64,000 bases of DNA, from the NCBI RefSeq assembly GCF_018350175.1, contig NC_058383.1:10666001-10730000 (forward strand), given 5' to 3'. Position 1 is the stretch's first letter. Each line of letters starts with the position of its first letter. The DNA comes from Felis catus. Lineage: Eukaryota. Made by a program: the position numbers and the translations under genes. Below the pieces are notes generated by a model. The model worked only from the letters and a program-made list of their open reading frames with translations. It was not told where the DNA came from and searched no databases. Shown one piece after another: positions 61,001-64,000 of this stretch.

Positions 61001-62310
61001 AGACTTTCCCTGAGCCTCATGGAGTGGGGGCAGTGGCATTCTGGCTCCTCTCCGTGGGGAACGGGCTGGTCAAGTTTACATGGATGTGGGAAGTTCCCCT
61101 TTACCCGGGGGCGGCCTCTCCTGTGTCTCTCTGAGCTGTCTCTCCCCCCCCCCCCCGCCGTGCCACGGGAAAACTGGGGAAGGGCTTGGTGGTTAGAAAA
61201 CCCCCAAAGTGAGGGAGTTTTAGGTGGACGATCAGAGCGGAGCGGAAGGATCTGGAAGCATGCGGCCCAGGGGCAGTTCATGTGGGAGCAGGGAGGCTGG
61301 CGGGTGTATCTCCAGGCACCCTGGTGGGCAGGGGTCAGTCGTGGAAGACTTGGGAGCTGAACGTCACAGATGTCCTGTTGGGGAGGGGAGGAGGGTAAGA
61401 GGTGATGAAGCCGTGGGTCTAGGGGTGAAGGGAAGGGACCCACCTAAAGACAGTGGGGGAGGGGGAAGGGGGGAGTGGGGGCCACAAGAAGGAAAGAAGG
61501 GAGGGCGTCCTGCATTTCAGGACCCGGAGAATCTGGAGCATCTGACAGCCCGGGAATTCAGGGCGGGGGACAAAGAGGATACTTCAGTGGGGACCCTCGA
61601 GCGGGGGAGGAAGGCCTGGCCCAGAGAGCAGGGGGGGCCAGGAGAGCGTCCTGCCTGGAGGAGAGACCGCCCTCCCCCCAGCACACATGTGCACAGGTAC
61701 GTGCACGCACACACACACACACACGCACACGCACGATCGCGTGCGTACTCCCCCTCCCTTCCCTGCTGCCTCCAGGACAAAGAGAAGTCCCTGTCGGACC
61801 AGAGGCGCTACTCGCTCATTGACCCGTCCTCGGCGCCTGAGCTCGTGCGGCTGCAGCACCAGCTGATGAGCACAGAAGATGCGCTGCGGGACGCGCTGGA
61901 CCAGGCTCAGCAGGTGGAGAAGCTCGTGGAGGCCATGAGGAGCCCCGACAAGTCCCAGGTGAGCCGTGGGCCAGGGCGGCTGACCCGGCGGCCAGCCACG
62001 GGGGGCACCGTCCTCGGGAAGCGTGGCCCTGTCCTCCGGGAGTCCCGGCCCAAGGGGTACGTGGCTTGATCTTGAGGAGGAGCTCAGACTAAGCTGGGGA
62101 TGCAGCCTTGGTCCCCCGGGGTCCTGGGACCCGCATTCTGAAGAGCCTCCGATGGCCCCAAGGGGAAGACCTCGCCACCTAGGGGCCAAACCAGGAACTG
62201 CTGCCTGGTGAGCCCCTCAGCATCTGTGCATGACTCTCCTTCAACAGGCCGTCCCCAATTCCGGATCTGCAAACGGCATCCACCAGCAAGACAAGGCCCA
62301 CAAACAAGAG
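10728..62310 (+). CDS. CLIP2: CAP-Gly domain containing linker protein 2 (CLIP-115), spliced CDS of 15 exons; 3' partial (stop-codon exon outside window)
   Basis: join(10728-10851,24778-25334,37544-37668,39226-39439,40470-40667,41478-41581,43168-43228,49163-49267,51002-51937,53907-53964,57232-57315,58281-58437,59969-60128,61776-61958,62248-62310) = 3129 nt, 1043 codons, no stop, all introns GT-AG. Translation [19 protein letters not shown]...[13 protein letters not shown] matches mammalian CLIP2 as I recall it (human 1046 aa, ending DKH). Confidence 0.98.
13080..13250. mobile_element. MIR fragment
   Basis: ctgtgtgaccctggaagagttacttaacctctctgagcc core. Confidence 0.7.
16982..17106. mobile_element. 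hAT-Blackjack MITE (MER94-like)
   Basis: Terminal inverted repeats agggtgacc...gtcacct about 125 nt apart; interior resembles the recalled MER94 consensus. Confidence 0.6.
17525..17747 (-). mobile_element. Can-SINE (SINEC_Fc-like)
   Basis: Reverse-complement SINEC ending gagccacccaggcgcccc. Confidence 0.92.
17845..18233 (+). mobile_element. Compound SINE: internally deleted Can-SINE with a full SINEC_Fc (17981-~18205) in its tail
   Basis: 18-bp TSD aagaatctgaaagacttg at 17828-17845 and 18234-18251. Confidence 0.9.
18322..18430 (-). mobile_element. Short Can-SINE
   Basis: catggggcttgaactcacaacc...gagccagccaggtgcccc. Confidence 0.85.
19478..19915. mobile_element. hAT-Blackjack fossil (MER63-like)
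   Basis: AT-rich block with caggaattttacgagcc, aaatactcaaaactcat, gcttgaaattgaccatggtgggag, ggaaatcggcaaactctacaaatcagg, matching the recalled MER63 consensus. Confidence 0.7.
19935..20063 (-). mobile_element. 5'-truncated Can-SINE
   Basis: Poly-T tail, GA body, ends at gcacagag. Confidence 0.85.
21558..22003. mobile_element. Nested SINEs: - strand SINEC_Fc (~21590-21807) inside a + strand Can-SINE
   Basis: Outer TSD aagaatgtaacgt (21542, 22004); inner TSD tcagtcgtt(t)aaa (21575, 21809). Confidence 0.9.
22305..22505 (-). mobile_element. Can-SINE
   Basis: Reverse-complement SINEC. Confidence 0.9.
22975..23130. mobile_element. MIR fragment
   Basis: ctctctgagcctcagttttcctcatctgtaaagggggataac core. 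Confidence 0.75.
24353..24573 (-). mobile_element. Can-SINE about 200 nt upstream of exon 3
   Basis: Poly-T tail and reverse-complement SINEC ending ccacccaggtgcccc. Confidence 0.9.
24778..25334 (+). CDS. CLIP2: CLIP2 exon 3: CAP-Gly domain 1 and start of CAP-Gly 2
   Basis: Acceptor ctctcccgccccgcAG; encodes [52 protein letters not shown]; donor CTG|GTGAGT; 557 nt. Confidence 0.98.
25525..25670. mobile_element. MIR fragment
   Basis: gtgtgaccctgggtgagcgcctcaacctctctggacctcagtcttcccatttgtaaaatggg. Confidence 0.75.
27508..27544. repeat. (TTCA)n microsatellite
   Basis: Read directly. Confidence 0.9.
28119..28362 (-). mobile_element. (TTCA)n tract followed by an internally deleted Can-SINE
   Basis: cattcattca repeats, then reverse-complement SINEC. 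Confidence 0.85.
29529..29735 (+). mobile_element. Can-SINE (SINEC_Fc-like)
   Basis: ggggcgcctgggtggctcag head; short TSD aaactgag. Confidence 0.92.
30225..31180. mobile_element. MLT1-type LTR interrupted by two tandem + strand Can-SINEs (~30634-30865, ~30872-31095)
   Basis: MLT1 motifs on both sides; TSD-like aataag(a/g)tcacattca at ~30618 and ~31098. Confidence 0.8.
32560..32845 (-). mobile_element. Two Can-SINEs or fragments
   Basis: Two reverse-complement SINEC heads (gagccacccaggcgcccc; ccgactaagccacc). Confidence 0.85.
33700..34150 (-). mobile_element. Two tandem Can-SINEs (~33700-33926, ~33950-34150)
   Basis: Reverse-complement SINEC bodies. Confidence 0.9.
34420..34750 (+). mobile_element. 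Short Can-SINE plus SINEC_Fc-like copy
   Basis: Heads ggaggcgcctggctggctcag (~34420) and ggggcacctgagtgtttcag (34531). Confidence 0.88.
34755..35700 (+). mobile_element. Old L1M fragments (ORF1-like piece and 3' end)
   Basis: Purine-rich ORF1-like remnant, then ataaaaaggaacgaagtg...ccttgaaaacgtgatgc...gattgccaggagctgggg...ggtgaattttatg typical of the L1MB/ME 3' UTR. Confidence 0.7.
35775..36361. mobile_element. SINE cluster: - SINEC_Fc (~35775-35995), heavily deleted + SINE (~36036-36110), - SINE (~36143-36361)
   Basis: SINEC motifs read directly. Confidence 0.88.
36385..36610. mobile_element. TcMar-Tigger fragment
   Basis: ggaagccttaccaataac...gtattttgtatgtt...gtggacccacacagttcaaaccc resembles the recalled Tigger2/MER2-group end. 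Confidence 0.65.
36660..37090 (-). mobile_element. Two Can-SINEs (~36660-36828, ~36880-37090)
   Basis: Reverse-complement SINEC bodies. Confidence 0.88.
37204..37245. repeat. (AAAT)n microsatellite
   Basis: Read directly. Confidence 0.92.
37544..37668 (+). CDS. CLIP2: CLIP2 exon 4: CAP-Gly domain 2 core
   Basis: caac[46 protein letters not shown]; donor CAG|GTATGG; 125 nt. Confidence 0.98.
38840..39010. mobile_element. MIR
   Basis: gctgggtgacttcaggcaagttacttaacctctctgagcc...catctgtgaaatg...ggcacagagtgggtgctcaataa. Confidence 0.8.
39226..39439 (+). CDS. CLIP2: CLIP2 exon 5: end of CAP-Gly 2 and Ser-rich region
   Basis: ctcccc[19 protein letters not shown]...[24 protein letters not shown]; donor CTG|GTGAGT; 214 nt. 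Confidence 0.97.
39595..39935. mobile_element. - strand Can-SINE (~39595-39806) and + strand short SINE (~39845-39935)
   Basis: SINEC motifs. Confidence 0.85.
40470..40667 (+). CDS. CLIP2: CLIP2 exon 6: start of coiled coil
   Basis: ttcctgc[33 protein letters not shown]...AQHEQ; donor CAG|GTAGCT; 198 nt. Confidence 0.97.
41478..41581 (+). CDS. CLIP2: CLIP2 exon 7
   Basis: gccc[39 protein letters not shown]; donor AAG|GTGTGT; 104 nt. Confidence 0.96.
43168..43228 (+). CDS. CLIP2: CLIP2 exon 8
   Basis: ccccctgc[22 protein letters not shown]; donor GAG|GTAATG; 61 nt. Confidence 0.96.
45110..45545. mobile_element. MLT1-type solo LTR
   Basis: gctgtaacaaatgaccacaac...ctcactgttctggaagccag...cttataaggacaccagtc...cattctgaggttccggg. 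Confidence 0.8.
45848..46058 (-). mobile_element. Can-SINE
   Basis: Reverse-complement SINEC. Confidence 0.9.
48075..48099. repeat. (GA)n microsatellite
   Basis: Read directly. Confidence 0.9.
49032..49092. repeat. (CT)n microsatellite upstream of exon 9
   Basis: About 24 CT units followed by further pyrimidines. Confidence 0.95.
49163..49267 (+). CDS. CLIP2: CLIP2 exon 9, 105-nt (35 aa) cassette exon
   Basis: gacc[40 protein letters not shown]; donor AGG|GTAACG; phase 0-0; corresponds to the alternatively spliced 35-aa insert of CLIP2/CLIP1. Confidence 0.95.
49688..49849 (-). mobile_element. Internally deleted Can-SINE
   Basis: Poly-T tail, short GA body, ends gagccaccgggcgcccc. Confidence 0.85.
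51002..51937 (+). CDS. CLIP2: CLIP2 exon 10, large coiled-coil exon
   Basis: ctctccccggt[22 protein letters not shown]...LRSTQHGN; donor AAC|GTAGGC; 936 nt. Confidence 0.97.
53907..53964 (+). CDS. CLIP2: CLIP2 exon 11
   Basis: ttctttc[21 protein letters not shown]+G; donor AGG|GTGAGT; 58 nt. Confidence 0.94.
54643..55090 (+). mobile_element. Two tandem Can-SINEs
   Basis: Heads at ~54643 and ~54857. Confidence 0.9.
55767..55975 (+). mobile_element. Can-SINE (SINEC_Fc-like)
   Basis: SINEC head, body and tail. Confidence 0.9.
56337..56790 (+). mobile_element. Two tandem Can-SINEs
   Basis: Heads at ~56337 and ~56573; flanking repeat tagaatcagct. Confidence 0.9.
57232..57315 (+). CDS. CLIP2: CLIP2 exon 12
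   Basis: ctcctcccct[29 protein letters not shown]; donor GTG|GTAAGT; 84 nt. Confidence 0.94.
58281..58437 (+). CDS. CLIP2: CLIP2 exon 13
   Basis: cctc[53 protein letters not shown]; donor GCG|GTGAGT; 157 nt. Confidence 0.95.
58761..59170 (+). mobile_element. Two tandem Can-SINEs
   Basis: Heads at ~58761 and ~58973. Confidence 0.88.
59270..59724 (-). mobile_element. Two tandem Can-SINEs
   Basis: Reverse-complement SINEC bodies ending ~59480 and ~59724. Confidence 0.88.
59969..60128 (+). CDS. CLIP2: CLIP2 exon 14
   Basis: ccctgcc[55 protein letters not shown]; donor CTG|GTATGT; 160 nt. Confidence 0.96.
61776..61958 (+). CDS. CLIP2: CLIP2 exon 15
   Basis: gcctcc[31 protein letters not shown]...MRSPDKSQ; donor CAG|GTGAGC; 183 nt. 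Confidence 0.96.
62248..62310 (+). CDS. CLIP2: CLIP2 exon 16
   Basis: ctccttcaac[23 protein letters not shown]; donor GAG|GTAAGG; 63 nt. Confidence 0.94.
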
Positions 62311-62686
62311 GTAAGGGGCGCCCTGGCCCCGGGGAGACACCCTGGCCGACTCCTCTGGCCAAAAAACCCCGAAAAGCCACCAAAATCACGACGGTGCATT
62401 TGCGCCAGAGGCTTCACCGTCGGGTCGCTCACGACCTGGGGCCAGCGCAGTTAAAGTTGGCTCGGCTGTCATCTGTTCTTTTAACCTCGTGTCTCTTTTT
62501 TTAAGGACTTTCATAATAAAAGTTAAAACATGTCTATTAGGAAACGTTTGGTGGGGGGAAAGACCCAAAATAGATAAAGAAGATAGTCCTCCTGCCCAGA
62601 GGTGACCAAGGTTGACATTTTTAAATGATATCCTTCTTGAACTTTGCTGTGTGTGTGCGTGTGTGTGTGTGTGTGTGTGCATACCC

Positions 62687-62940
62687 AGTCAGTCCTCATT
62701 ATTCACAGATTCCTTACTTGCAAAACTACCTCCTCGATAAAATTTGTGACCCCAGAATCAATACTCACGGCACTTGTGTGGTCATTCACGGACACGTGCA
62801 GAGAGGAGAAAAATTCGAGTCACCTGACATGCACATTCCCAGCTGAGGTCCGACAGACGACCCTCTGCCACCCTGTTCCTGCTCTCAAAAGTGTCCTTTC
62901 CACGGTCTATTTTGTGCCACGTTGGCCACATTTTTGTGTA
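62687..62940. mobile_element. TcMar-Tigger fossil (MER82-like)
   Basis: cagtcagtcctcattattcacagattcc...aatcaatactcacggcact...ttcccagctgaggtc resembles the recalled MER82 consensus. Confidence 0.7.
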
Positions 62941-64000
62941 CACGGGCACTCGGTGCTCTTTGTGAGACCCATCTGCTCTCACCCCTTCCCCTAAACTGCT
63001 CCCACCCTACCTCCTGTCTCACTACACCCCAGACACCGCAGAGTGGCTTTTCCTGCCCCGGGGCCTTTGCATGTGCTGTCCCCGCTCCCTGGCACAAGTG
63101 GGCTCTCAAACAGCCCACCCCACTCCCTTCACTATCTGAGACACACTTGCTGATCAAGGCCTTGCTCCCCCCAGGAGAAGCACTGACCCTGAGGGACACC
63201 GTGGAGCAGCCGAGTCCACAGCAGAGCCCCTCCGGCCAGCCCCGGCGGCGCCCCCTCCAGGCAGGGGCCAGGACTGTCACTTTGGAGACAAGAACAGTGT
63301 TTGTAACGATAACGTGCCCACTGCCGCGGACAATCCCCCACCCCGACCCCCCTGCCGGACCGGGAGGCTCCCTCAAGCACCACCTTCCACAGCGAGCGGT
63401 ACAGTCCTGGCCTGGACCCCGGGACCTTCAGCCTGGACACCCTGGACGCCCCGGCAGTTTCTGGAGTTTGGGGAGGCTGAGGTGATCCGGCCAGGCCCCT
63501 CTCAAGCTGCCCTGAGGACCATCTTGGCACCCCAGGTGTGTCCCTGCCCTCCCTTTCTTCTCCTTCTTCTCCCGGGTTCCCCTGAGACCCCAGAGAGCCA
63601 TCGTCCTGGGAAAGGGTCAGAGGGGGCCCAGCTAGGCACCAAGGAAGGCAGGCCAGGCCTCAGGAGCCAGGTGGGGACCCCCTTTTCTGCAGCCACTTCC
63701 GGGCCTAAGCAGTCCCCAGGCTTCTTGCCCCCATAGGCTGAGCCTTCTTCAAACAGTGGTCCGAGACCCGTCGGCCTGTCTGCCCAGTGAGGCCCGGGTT
63801 CAAGGTGTTGGGGGCAAGGTCCTTCTCCCCCCAGCCCCCAACACCATCTCACATACACAGCTCCAAGCTGCTGGCCAGAGGGTAGCCACCAGGGCCAGGA
63901 GCCACAGTATTAGGAAAGTTCAGAAGCCCCTCTCCCCATCCCCCACCACGCACCTGGCTTGGAGCGGGGGGCAGGGTGGCCGCAGGGCGTTTGGACTGGT

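Noticed and set aside
1..64000. Hundreds of 60-300 aa ORFs in the supplied track
   Set aside because: Many start at GTG/TTG, are Pro/Gly/Arg-rich GC artefacts or translate SINEs (e.g. [13 protein letters not shown]...); none resembles a known protein apart from the CLIP2 exon segments.
62311..64000. Terminal CLIP2 exon and stop codon
   Set aside because: No acceptor followed by a DKH-stop-like sequence found; presumed downstream of the window, so not evidence of truncation or pseudogenisation.

Overview
Mammalian genomic DNA from a felid (feliform carnivore), judged by about 40 tRNA-derived Can-SINEs of the SINEC_Fc type. The window holds most of one + strand gene, CLIP2 (CLIP-115/CYLN2, CAP-Gly domain containing linker protein 2; the human orthologue is in the Williams-Beuren region). 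I assembled 15 coding exons (exons 2-16 in human numbering, 10728-62310), all with GT-AG boundaries and consistent phases. They give 3129 nt, or 1043 codons with no stop: two CAP-Gly domains (both GKNDG motifs intact), Ser-rich linkers and a long coiled coil. The non-coding first exon and the short last exon were not found and probably lie outside the window. The introns contain Can-SINEs, old L1/L2/MIR fragments, MLT1 LTRs, DNA-transposon fossils, microsatellites and long G/C runs. Repeat coordinates are approximate and subfamily names come from recalled consensus sequences. I found no evidence of a new multi-gene biological system. The best leads are splicing and translation features: a candidate 87-nt frame-preserving exon in intron 2, distant-branch-point and CT-repeat architecture at cassette exon 9, tandem GTAAGT donors at exon 12, an in-frame cryptic donor in exon 5, a uORF in exon 2, and AT-to-GC-shifted old L1 fragments. 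All are hypotheses needing RNA-seq or alignment tests.
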